In this document: positions 38,041-48,241 of the stretch, piece after piece
Layout of the letters: every line of letters starts with the position of its first letter
How positions within the stretch are numbered: position 1 is the stretch's first letter
Assembly (NCBI GenBank): GCA_020723015.1
Contig: DYJR01000001.1
Location: 1-60,788 of the forward strand
Direction: 5' to 3'
Source: Arcobacter nitrofigilis
GTDB taxonomy: Bacteria > Campylobacterota > Campylobacteria > Campylobacterales > Arcobacteraceae
DNA length: 60,788 nucleotides
Notes under the pieces: generated by a model
Database searches by the model: none
Told to the model about the DNA's origin: nothing
What the model saw: the letters and a program-made list of their open reading frames with translations, nothing else
Program-made: the position numbers and the translations under genes

Positions 38041-38841
38041 TTAGTTCTCCTGTGAAAAATTTTCTTCAGTTAATTCATCAGATTCAGCTAATGCTTCTTC
38101 TAACACCTCTTGAGCTTCTTCTGCACTAACAGGAGCAGACTCTATAGTTCCACCGTTTTCTAAGAATGCAGCTCTACCTTCATTCATAGCTTCTGCCATT
38201 TCTGAACAAAATAGTTGGATTGATCTTATAGCATCGTCATTTCCTGGGATTGGGTAATCTATAACATCAGGATCACAGTTTGTATCTATCGGAGCTATAA
38301 CTTTTATTCCTAATCTTCTAGCTTCAGCAATAGCAATTTTTTCTTTAGCAGCATCGATAACAAACATCATATCTGGAAGTTGTTTCATATCTTTGATACC
38401 GCCAAGGTATAATTCTAATTTTTCTTCTTTTCTATCAAGCATTAAAGCTTCTTTTTTTGTAAGAAGTGCAGTTTGACCTTCTTCTTTCATTTTTTTGATA
38501 ACTTCAAGTTTTCTTATTGATTTTTTGATTGTTCCGTAGTTTGTAAGCATACCGCCTAACCATCTATAGTTAACGTATGGCATACCACAGCTGATAGCAG
38601 CTTGTTTTACAGTTTCGCTAGCTTGTTTTTTAGTACCTACGAAAATCATAGTTTCACCAGCAGCAGCTCTGTCTCTTACTACTGTATATGTATATCTAAA
38701 ATATCTTAATGTTTTTTGTAAATCTATGATATAGATATTTTTTCTTACACCAAAGATGAATTTTTTCATTTTTGGATTCCATCTTCTTGTTTGGTGACCG
38801 AAATGTACACCACACTCCAACAAATCTTTCATTGTAACCAT
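38041..38841 (-). CDS. rpsB: 30S ribosomal protein S2
   Basis: Start at [16 protein letters not shown] after AAGGAG. Confidence 0.98.
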   Translation of the reverse strand: MVTMKDLLECGVHFGHQTRRWNPKMKKFIFGVRKNIYIIDLQKTLRYFRYTYTVVRDRAAAGETMIFVGTKKQASETVKQAAISCGMPYVNYRWLGGMLTNYGTIKKSIRKLEVIKKMKEEGQTALLTKKEALMLDRKEEKLELYLGGIKDMKQLPDMMFVIDAAKEKIAIAEARRLGIKVIAPIDTNCDPDVIDYPIPGNDDAIRSIQLFCSEMAEAMNEGRAAFLENGGTIESAPVSAEEAQEVLEEALAESDELTEENFSQEN

Positions 38842-38859
38842 TGTTTTGCTCCTTGCAAT

Positions 38860-38938
38860 TATATGTTTTGTTTTGGTTTTGCCTCTGTATCCCTTAACAC
38901 TTTCGTGCAACCAATTCAAGGATTGATACATGTGAGGT
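38860..38938 (-). promoter_or_regulatory. rpsB 5' leader (S2 autoregulatory, t44-like)
   Basis: CACATGTATC..CCCTT...AAGGGATACA stem followed by GAGGC-AAAACC upstream of rpsB. Confidence 0.65.
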
Positions 38939-39006
38939 TTCTATTCTTGAGAAATAGAGTCTATAATTTTAGCTAAATTAAACTAAAATTAATCTTAAAT
39001 GAAATC

Positions 39007-39281
39007 TTATTACCACACCGATAAATAATCTGAATCATAGCCGCATTTTTGCCATAATTGTTTTTTAGAAAAATTTGTAGGAATACATCGTATTTCAAGA
39101 ATTTTTCTAAAAAAAGTATGAGTAAATAATGCGAGTAACATATTACAAATGCTAGTCATCTTATAACCTATCTCTACGTTGTCAACTTTCGCTTACCAAT
39201 TGGTAAGCTTCAAGTTTCCGCCTTGATATAGGATATAATACAACTACTATTATTTCACATTATTTGATGGTGTGGTAATAA
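39007..39281. mobile_element. 275-bp MITE-like element with terminal inverted repeats and internal hairpins
   Basis: TTATTACCACACCgatAAATAATcTGAA ... TTCAcATTATTTgatGGTGTGGTAATAA; no ORF. Confidence 0.8.
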
Positions 39282-39284
39282 TTA

Positions 39285-39293
39285 TGGTATAAT
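39285..39293 (+). promoter_or_regulatory. Extended -10 for the pseudouridine synthase gene
   Basis: TGGTATAAT about 30 nt upstream of the ATG. Confidence 0.65.
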
Positions 39294-39321
39294 ATAAAAA
39301 AGATATTAAGGTATATAAAAA

Positions 39322-40065
39322 ATGGCAAAAGAAAAAGCGTACAAACTACTAGCACTTCAAGAAGGTATTACAAATTCAAAGGCAAAAGAGCTTATAGATA
39401 AAGGTTTGGTAACGGTCGGCTGTAAAAAGGTGATGATTGCTCGTAGGGAAATTTCAGCTGATACGGTATTTAAAGTAAAAGAGATGCAAAGCGTTAGAAA
39501 GATTTTTGAAGATGATGATATATTAGCTGTAGATAAACCTGCTCATATGAACACAAGTGAAGTAGAAGCTACCTATAAGGATTATATTTTACTAAATAGA
39601 CTAGACCGTGAAACAAGCGGTGTGATGCTTTTTGCAAAAAACAAAGAGTTCCAAGCACGTGCTATAAAAGAGTTTAAAGAAAACAAAGTATATAAAGAAT
39701 ATATTGCAGTAGTTGACGGCAAAGTTGCAGAAGAGATGATGTGTGACCTACCTATAACAACCATAAAAGGGAAAACCGCAAAAAGCAAAATAGACAAAAA
39801 AAACGGTAAAAGTGCGAAAACTACAGTATATCCTCTTATGATAGAAGGGCATAAAAGTAAGGTAAAAGTAGTGATAGAAACAGGTAGAACACACCAAATA
39901 AGAGTACATCTAGCACATCTTAATTTACCTATAATAGGAGATACTCTTTACGGTAAACCTTCGACGAAAGTTCATAGAATGTTACTACATTCAAAACTAA
40001 CAAAAATATTCAACTACACTTTTGAGTCACCGGAACCGAAAGAATTTAAAACTTACGGTTTTTAA
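39322..40065 (+). CDS. RluA-family RNA pseudouridine synthase
   Basis: S4-like start, VDKP, NRLDRETSG, TGRTHQIRVH. Confidence 0.93.
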   Translation: MAKEKAYKLLALQEGITNSKAKELIDKGLVTVGCKKVMIARREISADTVFKVKEMQSVRKIFEDDDILAVDKPAHMNTSEVEATYKDYILLNRLDRETSGVMLFAKNKEFQARAIKEFKENKVYKEYIAVVDGKVAEEMMCDLPITTIKGKTAKSKIDKKNGKSAKTTVYPLMIEGHKSKVKVVIETGRTHQIRVHLAHLNLPIIGDTLYGKPSTKVHRMLLHSKLTKIFNYTFESPEPKEFKTYGF

Positions 40066-40195
40066 AAAAAATTTAAGTTAAGAAAGCCTAAAAATCGGCT
40101 TTCTTATAAATTATTAACTTAAAATATACTTAATTAATCTATTTTAAAGTTTTCTTTTTATATAATTTCAAAAAATTAATTTATTAGGATAGTTC

Positions 40196-41536
40196 GTGTT
40201 TGATTTTATAACAAGTTCCATTAAATCTACGGTAAATAAAATCAGGTTTCAAGATGATGAAAAAGCACTAAAAAATGCAACGGCAGAACTTAGAAAAGCT
40301 TTACTTAAAGCCGATGTTCATCATAAGACCACAAAAGACTTAGTAAACAACGTAGAACTCAATACAAAAAAACTAGGCATCGGTCAAAATACGTTTTTAA
40401 AAGCTTTAAAAGATGAGTTAACTACGATATTAACGGCTAACGGTAACCAAGGATTTGTATTTTCAAGTACACCTCCTACTATAGTTCTTATGACGGGTCT
40501 TCAAGGTAGCGGTAAAACTACAACTACAGGAAAACTTGCAAACTATCTAAAAACAAGAAAAAAGAAAGTTCTAGTAGCAGCGGCAGACTTACAAAGACTT
40601 GCGGCAGTTGAACAACTAAAACAAATTGCGGCACAAATAGATGTGGATATATATTTTGACGATAATGAAAAAGACCCTGTAAAAATAGCACAAGGTGCGG
40701 TTGCAAAGGCAAATAAAGAGCTGTATGACGTACTTTTGATAGATACTGCCGGACGTCTTGCAATAGATGTAGAGCTTATGGCTGAACTTAAAAAAGTAAA
40801 AGATGCAGTAAAACCGAATGAGATTTTTTACGTTGCGGATTCTTTGACTGGACACGATGCTACAAGAACGGCAACAACTTTTAAAGAAGAGATAGGAATA
40901 GACGGCGTTATATTATCAAAATATGACGGTGACACAAAAGGCGGTGTGGCTCTTTCTATAGCTCACCAAGTAGGTGTTCCTCTTAGATTTATCGGTATCG
41001 GTGAAAAAATGCCTGATATTGAGGTATTTATACCTGATAGAATAGCAAGCAGACTTTTAGGGGCTGGGGACATTGAAGGTCTTGCAGAAAAAACTTCTGC
41101 CGTTATGGATGAAAAACATGCAAAAGCGGTAGCTAAAAAAATCCAAAAGGGTGAGTTTAATTTCAACGACTTCTTAGAGCAACTAGAAATGATAAAAAAA
41201 CTAGGAAGTTTGAAGTCAATCATATCTATGATTCCAGGTCTTTCTCAAATGGCGGGACCTCTAAAAGAGATGGATTTAGACAACTCAAAAGAAATAGTTC
41301 AAATCAAAGCTCTTATTAGCTCAATGACGCCAAAAGAGAGAGAAAATCCTGATTTATTAAATCCAAGTAGAAAGAGAAGAATTTCTAACGGTGCCGGATT
41401 AAATGAAATGCAAGTAAATAAAATACTTAAACAATTTAAAAATGCATCAAAAATGGCTAAAAAACTCTCAAATAAAGGTGGAATGAAGGGCTTTACAAAT
41501 ATGTTAGCTCAGGCACAAAAAGGGATACCTAGATAG
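40196..41536 (+). CDS. ffh: Signal recognition particle protein
   Basis: GLQGSGKTT, DTAGR, M domain SMTPKER. Confidence 0.98.
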   Translation: MFDFITSSIKSTVNKIRFQDDEKALKNATAELRKALLKADVHHKTTKDLVNNVELNTKKLGIGQNTFLKALKDELTTILTANGNQGFVFSSTPPTIVLMTGLQGSGKTTTTGKLANYLKTRKKKVLVAAADLQRLAAVEQLKQIAAQIDVDIYFDDNEKDPVKIAQGAVAKANKELYDVLLIDTAGRLAIDVELMAELKKVKDAVKPNEIFYVADSLTGHDATRTATTFKEEIGIDGVILSKYDGDTKGGVALSIAHQVGVPLRFIGIGEKMPDIEVFIPDRIASRLLGAGDIEGLAEKTSAVMDEKHAKAVAKKIQKGEFNFNDFLEQLEMIKKLGSLKSIISMIPGLSQMAGPLKEMDLDNSKEIVQIKALISSMTPKERENPDLLNPSRKRRISNGAGLNEMQVNKILKQFKNASKMAKKLSNKGGMKGFTNMLAQAQKGIPR

Positions 41537-41542
41537 CTTGTA

Positions 41543-41627
41543 TAAGTAGTGACTTTTACGAATCACTACTTACGACTAACAAAAATACTTATTAAAATTT
41601 TCGTTTGAAAACTTTAATAAGTATTTT
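41543..41627. other. Two consecutive long hairpins between ffh and rpsP
   Basis: TAAGTAGTGA..TCACTACTTA and AAAATACTTATTAAA..TTTAATAAGTATTTT. Confidence 0.6.
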
Positions 41628-41658
41628 CGGAATACTAAAATTTAAGGAGAACAAAAAC

Positions 41659-41886
41659 ATGACGGTAATTAGACTTACAAGAATGGGTAGAAATAAAAAA
41701 CCATTTTACAGAATAGTTGTAACAGACAGCAGAAAAAGAAGAGATAGCGGTTGGATAGAGTCAATAGGATATTTCAATCCTGTAACTGAGCCAAAAGTTC
41801 TTAAAATAGATGAAGAGAGACTTAACTATTGGTTAGGTGTTGGCGCTCAAATGAGTGAAAAAGTTAAAAAACTTAGCGGTAAATAA
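41659..41886 (+). CDS. rpsP: 30S ribosomal protein S16
   Basis: [17 protein letters not shown]; AAGGAG RBS. Confidence 0.97.
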   Translation: MTVIRLTRMGRNKKPFYRIVVTDSRKRRDSGWIESIGYFNPVTEPKVLKIDEERLNYWLGVGAQMSEKVKKLSGK

Positions 41887-41903
41887 TTTATAAAGCTTCC
41901 CAA

Positions 41904-42149
41904 ATGGTAGAAAACTTTATAGAAAACTATGTGAAACTCATAGCAACATATCCGGATTTAATATCCGTTGAGTTAAATGAAGCAGACGGTGATTTTTGTG
42001 AAATTTTTATTAAAGTACACCAGATAGATATGGGCAAAATCATAGGTAAAAACGGTAATATGATTAACTCACTTAAAACTATCATTAACGGTTGCAAAGC
42101 TAAAGATAACAAATCATATAAAATTCAAGTAGTTGCGATAGATGAATAA
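41904..42149 (+). CDS. khpA: KH-domain RNA-binding protein KhpA
   Basis: DMGKIIGKNG; between rpsP and rimM. Confidence 0.88.
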   Translation: MVENFIENYVKLIATYPDLISVELNEADGDFCEIFIKVHQIDMGKIIGKNGNMINSLKTIINGCKAKDNKSYKIQVVAIDE

Positions 42150-42672
42150 TAAAGTGTACCTTGGTAAGCTTGGTAAAACAGTCGGTCTAAATGGAGATTT
42201 AAAAATCTATTTAGAGACTGATTTTCCAAAAGCTATAAAAAAAGGGTCAAAACTTTTGACAAACAAAAAAATTGTTTTGGAAGTTGAAAAGTTTGATTTT
42301 AATAGAGGTATAGTAAAGTTCAGCACATACTCAAACTGTGATGATGCAAAAAAACTTACAAATCTTGAATTATATTCTACTATAGAAGATACTAAAGAGG
42401 CTTGTTCTTTGAAAAAAAATGAACACTTTTGGTTTGATATAATAGACTGTAACGTTTACGAAGATGACTTGCTACTTGGAAAAGTCACTGAAATTCATAG
42501 ATTTCCACTTAACGACTATCTTGAAGTAGCGACAGATAGCTTACTTATAGAAAAACAACTTCCTAAAGTTTTTTTAATACCTTATATAAAAGGTGAATAT
42601 ATCCTCGATGTTGATACAAGTTTAAAAACTATAAAAGTTAAAAACTCATATCAAATACTAGAAAATAGTTAA
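42142..42672 (+). CDS. rimM: Ribosome maturation factor RimM
   Basis: GKTVGLNGDLK, FWFDII, FLIPY. Confidence 0.95.
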   Translation: MNNKVYLGKLGKTVGLNGDLKIYLETDFPKAIKKGSKLLTNKKIVLEVEKFDFNRGIVKFSTYSNCDDAKKLTNLELYSTIEDTKEACSLKKNEHFWFDIIDCNVYEDDLLLGKVTEIHRFPLNDYLEVATDSLLIEKQLPKVFLIPYIKGEYILDVDTSLKTIKVKNSYQILENS

Positions 42673-43239
42673 TTATACTTTCTTTAAAAAACAAGTTTTT
42701 AGGTAAATCTTAACTCCGTTTACTTTCCCTTCAATGTGACCTGCAACATTGCCAAGACCTATACCTTTTACTACCGTACCTCTTTTTGCCGTAAATCCAG
42801 CACCTTTGACCTCTAAATCTTTGATAATAGTTACGCTATCACCTTCAACTAAGATATTGCCGTTTGCATCTTTTTTTACATCACCTGCATCTTCAACTGA
42901 TACTATACCGGCATCAGCTATAGCTTTTGCATCATCGTCAAGATACATCATATCAAGTAGCTCGTTTGCCCATGATTCATTTAGTTGTTTTAGCGTTCTG
43001 TATGCCAAAATCTGTACTATTTGGTGTTCACTCCACATAGAGTCGTTTAAACATCTCCAGTGGTTTTCATCTATCTCTTTCGGGCTATCTACATTTGCGT
43101 TACAAACGCCGCAAAGTAATACGTTACCGTCTAATCCGTCATCATTTAAATTAACTTGATATACTTTTAAATCATCACTACTTCCGCATAATTCACATAC
43201 ACCGTTACTTCTTTGTTTTAGTTCATTTTCTATACTCAT
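42673..43239 (-). CDS. PhnA-domain protein
   Basis: CELC/CGVC, HWRCLNDSMWS, DANGNIL..GDSVTIIKDLEVKG. Confidence 0.88.
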   Translation of the reverse strand: MSIENELKQRSNGVCELCGSSDDLKVYQVNLNDDGLDGNVLLCGVCNANVDSPKEIDENHWRCLNDSMWSEHQIVQILAYRTLKQLNESWANELLDMMYLDDDAKAIADAGIVSVEDAGDVKKDANGNILVEGDSVTIIKDLEVKGAGFTAKRGTVVKGIGLGNVAGHIEGKVNGVKIYLKTCFLKKV

Positions 43240-43252
43240 TACTATTCCTTAA

Positions 43253-44638
43253 TTATTTTTTTGCTTCACTTATAAGTTCATTTAGTTTTTTCTCATATAA
43301 GGCTGCATTGTCTTTATTTGTCGATTCAAATCTGGTTACCAATATCGGCGTAGTATTACTAGCCCTTACAAGTCCCCAACCGTCTTCAAATATTACCCTA
43401 ACACCGTCAACATCTATAATGTCTTTTATTTTAGGGAAATCGGAAGGTGGATTTTTTAGTAACTCTTTTAGTTTGTCTATAATAGCAAACTTAACCTCTT
43501 CAGTTGTTTTTACCTTTAGTTCTTCCGTACTATAAACGACAGGTAACTGTGATATTTCTTTATCTATATCCATACCGTTTGCAATAAGCTCCAAAAGTCT
43601 AAAAGTAGCATAAACGGCATCGTCATAACCAAAATATCTATCGGCAAAAAATACATGTCCGCTCACTTCACAAGCTAAATCGGCATGAAGTTCTTTTAAC
43701 TTAACTTTTAGGTTACTGTGACCGGTTTTGTACATTACCGCTTTACCGCCGCTTGAATTTATAATGTCATACATAATCTGGCTACATTTAACTTCACCGA
43801 TTACCGTAGGATTTTTCATGGTTTTAGCAAATAAAATAGCCATAATATCACCTTTGACATTGTTTTTCTTAGTCAAAAATGCTATCCTATCGGCATCACC
43901 ATCGTATGCAAAACCAAACTCATATTCATCTTTTTTTAACTCTTCTTTAATATCTTCAAGATTATGCTCATCACTAGGGTCCGGGTGGTGATTTGGAAAA
44001 CTTCCGTCAGGCTCGGCATATAAAGCACCGTATTTTAACGCTAATTTATCAAAAATAGTAGTCAAAACCGTATCTGCTACACCGTTACCGCAATCAACGA
44101 TAAATTTATGATTTAGCCCTTTAAGGTGTGAAAACTGATTTACGATATAGTCAATATAAGGTGTTTTTACATCTATCACTTTATGTTCAGGATTATCATA
44201 AATTACTTTTGTTTGATTTGCTATGATACTATCACCCAAAGCATAAATATCTTGCCCGAAAAACGGCTTTTTGTCTATTGTTATCTTAAAACCGTTATAT
44301 TCGCCAGGGTTATGTGAGCCTGTTATCATAATAGATGCACTTGGAGTTATGCCGTCAAAGGTATGATAATTGCTAAAATAATTCACCCCCGTAGCAACCA
44401 TCCCCATATTAAGAACTTTACAACCGCTTGCATTAAGACCGATTGCAAGGTACTCAAAAAGCTCAGGAGAGTGTGTACGTGCATCATAACCTATAGCTAC
44501 ATACGGTACGCAACAATCCATTTGTTCATATATTCTCAAACCCAAAAAGTAACCGATTAGCTTCACCGTTTGTTCGTTTAACTCATCACCCACGATACCT
44601 CTAATATCGTATTCTCTAAAAATAGATTTCTTTACCAA
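43253..44638 (-). CDS. Phosphomannomutase/phosphoglucomutase
   Basis: IFREYDIRG, TGSHNP, DGDADR, RASNT. Confidence 0.95.
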   Translation of the reverse strand: MVKKSIFREYDIRGIVGDELNEQTVKLIGYFLGLRIYEQMDCCVPYVAIGYDARTHSPELFEYLAIGLNASGCKVLNMGMVATGVNYFSNYHTFDGITPSASIMITGSHNPGEYNGFKITIDKKPFFGQDIYALGDSIIANQTKVIYDNPEHKVIDVKTPYIDYIVNQFSHLKGLNHKFIVDCGNGVADTVLTTIFDKLALKYGALYAEPDGSFPNHHPDPSDEHNLEDIKEELKKDEYEFGFAYDGDADRIAFLTKKNNVKGDIMAILFAKTMKNPTVIGEVKCSQIMYDIINSSGGKAVMYKTGHSNLKVKLKELHADLACEVSGHVFFADRYFGYDDAVYATFRLLELIANGMDIDKEISQLPVVYSTEELKVKTTEEVKFAIIDKLKELLKNPPSDFPKIKDIIDVDGVRVIFEDGWGLVRASNTTPILVTRFESTNKDNAALYEKKLNELISEAKK

Positions 44639-44648
44639 GCAATTATCC

Positions 44649-45040
44649 TTATTTGTATTCTTTTAATTTATCCAAAAACGTCTGTGCAGGAGCACCTCCG
44701 ACTATTGCACGCCTTTTTTTTATTTCCGTCGTTATCTAGTATATAAAAAGTAGGTGTACCAAATGGATTTAACCCTTGCGGATATGTCTCTTTTTTATTA
44801 TAATCAACCTCGTATATTACAAAGTAGTTTTGTAAATAAGCCTTTAAAGTCTCATTTGCAAAGGCTACATCTTTCATATATTCACACGCGGGACATCCAT
44901 CCATAGTAAACATTACAAGAATCTTTTTTATTATCTGTTCTTGCCGTATTCTTTGCTTCATCGAATGTTTTTATATAATTCAATTCAGTTGAAAATAAAA
45001 AAGTCACGGAGATTAAAAAAAGGAATAGTATCTTTTTCAT
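44649..45040 (-). pseudogene. Exported thioredoxin-like protein with two +1 frameshifts
   Basis: Signal peptide in frame 1, CPAC/GTPT core in frame 2, C-terminus in frame 3; shifts at runs 44924..44929 and 44714..44721. Confidence 0.8.
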
Positions 45041-45049
45041 TATTAAATC

Positions 45050-46822
45050 CTATTTAATTATTTGTAAAAACTCTTGTGGAGATTTGTATCCTACGATTCG
45101 TTTTGAGGTTTGTTCTCTCCCATCTTCAAAGAAAATCAACGCAGGAGGTCCAAAAAGACCAAAATGTTTTAGTAATTCTTTGTCATCTTTGGTATCATCT
45201 GAAATATCGATTTTGTATAAATCATACTTACTCAACTCTGAAATTACAACATCGTCTTTAAAAGTTATATTTTCAAGTTCTTTACAACTAGCACACCATG
45301 ATGCGGTAAACTTTATCATCAAAGGTTTTTGAGAATTTTTTACTATATCTTTCAACTGGGAGAGGGTTTTAATCTCTTTGAATTCTAAATCTTTAGAGGT
45401 AGTTATTCCCTTTGGAGCAGTAAATTTTTCGTATGGATTTAATGGATTTGTAGCACCGCTTAGTGAGCCTACGAACATAGAAATACCGAGCAACAAAAGC
45501 ATAATTTCAAATACTTTTTTAAGCTTCTTAAGTCCTCTACACCCCTCTTTTACACCGTCAAAAAGCCCCAAATAAACAGCACTTCCTATAAATAACAATG
45601 CCCACAACATCATAGTAACGGATGGGTTTATAACACGTTCAAGCATCCAAATAGCAAGACCTAGCATAATAACACCGAATACTCTTGTCACATTTTCCAT
45701 CCAACCGCCAGGTCTAGGCATAAATTTGCCTGCACCCAAACCTATAAGAAGCAAAGGAACTCCCATACCTAAACTCATCACGAACAAAGCAAGTCCCCCA
45801 AGTAAGGCATCACCCGTCTGACTAATATATACCAAAGCTCCCGCTAGTGGTGGTGCAACGCAAGGTCCTACGATAAGTGCGGACAAAAAGCCCATCACCG
45901 CAACTCCGACTATACCGTTTTTTTCCTGACCGTCTGTAGTTTTGCTTATTTTATTTTGAATAAACGCAGGTACTCTAAGCTCAAAATATCCAAACATAGA
46001 TAAAGCTAATGCCACGAAAATAGCAGCAAAAACACTCAACACATAAGGATTTTGTAAAGCACTTTGCAAATTTGCCCCAAATACACCGGCAACTATACCT
46101 GCTAAAGCATAAGCTAAAGACATAGACAATACATAAACCAAAGAGAGTATAAACCCTTTTTTACCGCTTAATCCACCATCCGTGGTATTTGAGTGGGAAA
46201 CCAAAATACTTGAAAGTATAGGTATCATCGGGAAAACGCAAGGGGTAAGGGATAACAATAACCCAAATCCAAAAAATGTAGCCAATACGATATATGGATT
46301 TGAGCTACTAAAAAGTGAAGCTATTTGATCTGTTTCGTTTTGAGGTTCTTGTGGTTGTTGTTCTAAAACATTGGTAACAGGAGTAGTTTTTGCTACTTCT
46401 TCTTCATTATAAAAAATACTCATAGGCGAGTAACAAAGCCCTGCACTAGAACACCCTTGATATTTAAGCTCCAAGCTAAAATTATCACTACCTACTAAAT
46501 CTTTGACTAAAGTTATAGGCACTGATATATTTGCTATATCGAAAATAGCTTTTGACTCATTGTAATCTTTATACTCAGGTAATGTTATCTTATCGGTAAT
46601 ATCTATCTTTTGCGGTGCAGTTATCAAAACCTTGAATTGATCTTGATAAAGGTATATATCTTTACCAAGAACAATCTCAAACTCTATATGATTGCCTTCT
46701 TTAGCCACGCTTGTTTTAAAAGCCTCCTCAGGTTCCAAAAAACCGCCGTTATTCAACTCAAACGATGGAGCTGCAAAAACGGTACAAACAAATAAAACAA
46801 TCGATATAAAGAATTTCATCAT
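45050..46822 (-). CDS. dsbD: Thiol:disulfide interchange protein DsbD
   Basis: QGCSSAGLCY, LTPCVFPMIP, GPCVAPPL, WCASCK. Confidence 0.96.
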   Translation of the reverse strand: MMKFFISIVLFVCTVFAAPSFELNNGGFLEPEEAFKTSVAKEGNHIEFEIVLGKDIYLYQDQFKVLITAPQKIDITDKITLPEYKDYNESKAIFDIANISVPITLVKDLVGSDNFSLELKYQGCSSAGLCYSPMSIFYNEEEVAKTTPVTNVLEQQPQEPQNETDQIASLFSSSNPYIVLATFFGFGLLLSLTPCVFPMIPILSSILVSHSNTTDGGLSGKKGFILSLVYVLSMSLAYALAGIVAGVFGANLQSALQNPYVLSVFAAIFVALALSMFGYFELRVPAFIQNKISKTTDGQEKNGIVGVAVMGFLSALIVGPCVAPPLAGALVYISQTGDALLGGLALFVMSLGMGVPLLLIGLGAGKFMPRPGGWMENVTRVFGVIMLGLAIWMLERVINPSVTMMLWALLFIGSAVYLGLFDGVKEGCRGLKKLKKVFEIMLLLLGISMFVGSLSGATNPLNPYEKFTAPKGITTSKDLEFKEIKTLSQLKDIVKNSQKPLMIKFTASWCASCKELENITFKDDVVISELSKYDLYKIDISDDTKDDKELLKHFGLFGPPALIFFEDGREQTSKRIVGYKSPQEFLQIIK

Positions 46823-46824
46823 GA

Positions 46825-47046
46825 CTATTTTTTAGCCTCTTTTGCAGATTTTAAAGCCTCTATCAAAGCATCTATATTATCATATGGAATATGAGTTTTC
46901 CACTCAACATCTTCACCGTTTAAAGCTATACCGATACTTACAACATCAGGAGTTCCGCTTCCGTAAGGCTCACTCACGTTTGCAAGTATTATTGCACCTT
47001 TTTTCGTACCGCTTAATTCTATTCTACTTAATTCAGTTGTTGCCAT
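46825..47046 (-). CDS. Small hypothetical protein
   Basis: Strong AGGAGA RBS; coupled to dsbD. Confidence 0.8.
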   Translation of the reverse strand: MATTELSRIELSGTKKGAIILANVSEPYGSGTPDVVSIGIALNGEDVEWKTHIPYDNIDALIEALKSAKEAKK

Positions 47047-47069
47047 TTGTTCTCCTCTTTTTAAGTTAA

Positions 47070-47125
47070 TGAGTCACTGAGGTACTAAGGTACTGAGTTG
47101 AAAACAGCTCAGTACCTCAGCATCT
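47070..47125. repeat. Octamer (TRAGGTAC) tandem repeats forming a hairpin
   Basis: tgagtcac tgaggtac taaggtac tgagttg aaaa cagctca gtacctca. Confidence 0.75.
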
Positions 47126-47127
47126 TA

Positions 47128-47943
47128 TTAGCTCAGTATCTTTGATACTATTGTGCCAAAACTTACTTTAGTATTAACTAAATTTTCCAATTTTACAAAA
47201 TCTTTTTTCCAAATCATAAGTACCGTTGAACCCATTTTAAAGTACCCTAGACAATCACCTTTAGAGATATGAAGATTATCATAAGTATAAACTTTCATAT
47301 CTTTATTGTTTGTATTCGTCTCAACTCTAGGCTCAAAAGTAAATACCATTTCACCAACATTTAAAGCTCCGACAAAAACCATGTAAAAAAGTTTCCCTTC
47401 ATCGGTTATACACTCTAGGATAACCCTTTCGTTTTTGATAAATAAATCTTGCTCTTTTCTAAGATAAGGTTTATTTACGGGATAAAGCTTTGCAGGAACA
47501 TGGATAAGCTTAGTTACTTTTGCATAATAAGGGCTGTGGTATCTATGATAATCTTTCGGTGAAAGATAAAAGTTCATAAACTCACCGTCACAAACTTTGT
47601 CTAAATTCTCACTAGCGATATGTTCAGTTAAAAGCTCTTTTACACTATAACTCATCCCTTTTATTTGTAGTAAAGTATCACTTTGAAGCTTACCGCACTC
47701 TGTTATAAAACTATCAACCGGTGAGATAAAGTTATCCAAGCTAGTGTCTATATGACGTGGAATTTTAAGCTCTCTTGTAAAAAGCTCATTTAAACTTTTG
47801 TAATGACTTGGACTATAAAACTCGCCCATATCAAGACCTAAAAGTTTTACATAAGAATAATTTATAATATTTTGTATAGGTTTTGGGAAACGGCAACTAG
47901 CAAATTTGCCGAATATTCTTGAAGTTTTATTGGTAATATGCAC
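47128..47943 (-). CDS. psd: Phosphatidylserine decarboxylase
   Basis: SPVDS, YLSPKDYHRYH, NERV, FKMGSTV cleavage motif. Confidence 0.95.
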   Translation of the reverse strand: MHITNKTSRIFGKFASCRFPKPIQNIINYSYVKLLGLDMGEFYSPSHYKSLNELFTRELKIPRHIDTSLDNFISPVDSFITECGKLQSDTLLQIKGMSYSVKELLTEHIASENLDKVCDGEFMNFYLSPKDYHRYHSPYYAKVTKLIHVPAKLYPVNKPYLRKEQDLFIKNERVILECITDEGKLFYMVFVGALNVGEMVFTFEPRVETNTNNKDMKVYTYDNLHISKGDCLGYFKMGSTVLMIWKKDFVKLENLVNTKVSFGTIVSKILS

Positions 47944-48050
47944 TAATCCATCCTTGATTTTTCTTTATTCTACTATAATACCCGTAAAAGTGGGCTGAGC
48001 AAATGCCGATTAATATAATAGTAAAGGTATATCTAATCGACACATTTTTT

Positions 48051-48218
48051 TTAGTCTGATGTTGCTTCGTTGATAGCTTTTTTGGTAGATTCATAGACTT
48101 TAACCGATGTTTCTTTAGTAGCATCCCAAGCATCGGCACTATCTTGTTTCACACCCTTCCATGTAGCACATCCACTAAAAAACACAACACAAGATAAGGC
48201 AAGTATTAAATACTTCAT
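48051..48218 (-). CDS. 55-aa entericidin-like lipoprotein (absent from the ORF track)
   Basis: MKYLILALSCVVFFSGCATWKGVKQD..., lipobox FSGC, AGGAG RBS. Confidence 0.8.
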   Translation of the reverse strand: MKYLILALSCVVFFSGCATWKGVKQDSADAWDATKETSVKVYESTKKAINEATSD

Positions 48219-48241
48219 TTTCAAACTCCTAAAAATTTATT

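Noticed and set aside
38842-38931. N-terminal extension of rpsB
   Set aside because: It is the structured rpsB leader; the real start follows AAGGAG at 38841
47927-48139. 70-aa ORF upstream of psd
   Set aside because: Overlaps the better-supported lipoprotein in another frame; the remaining 38-aa GTG ORF has no clear RBS or motif
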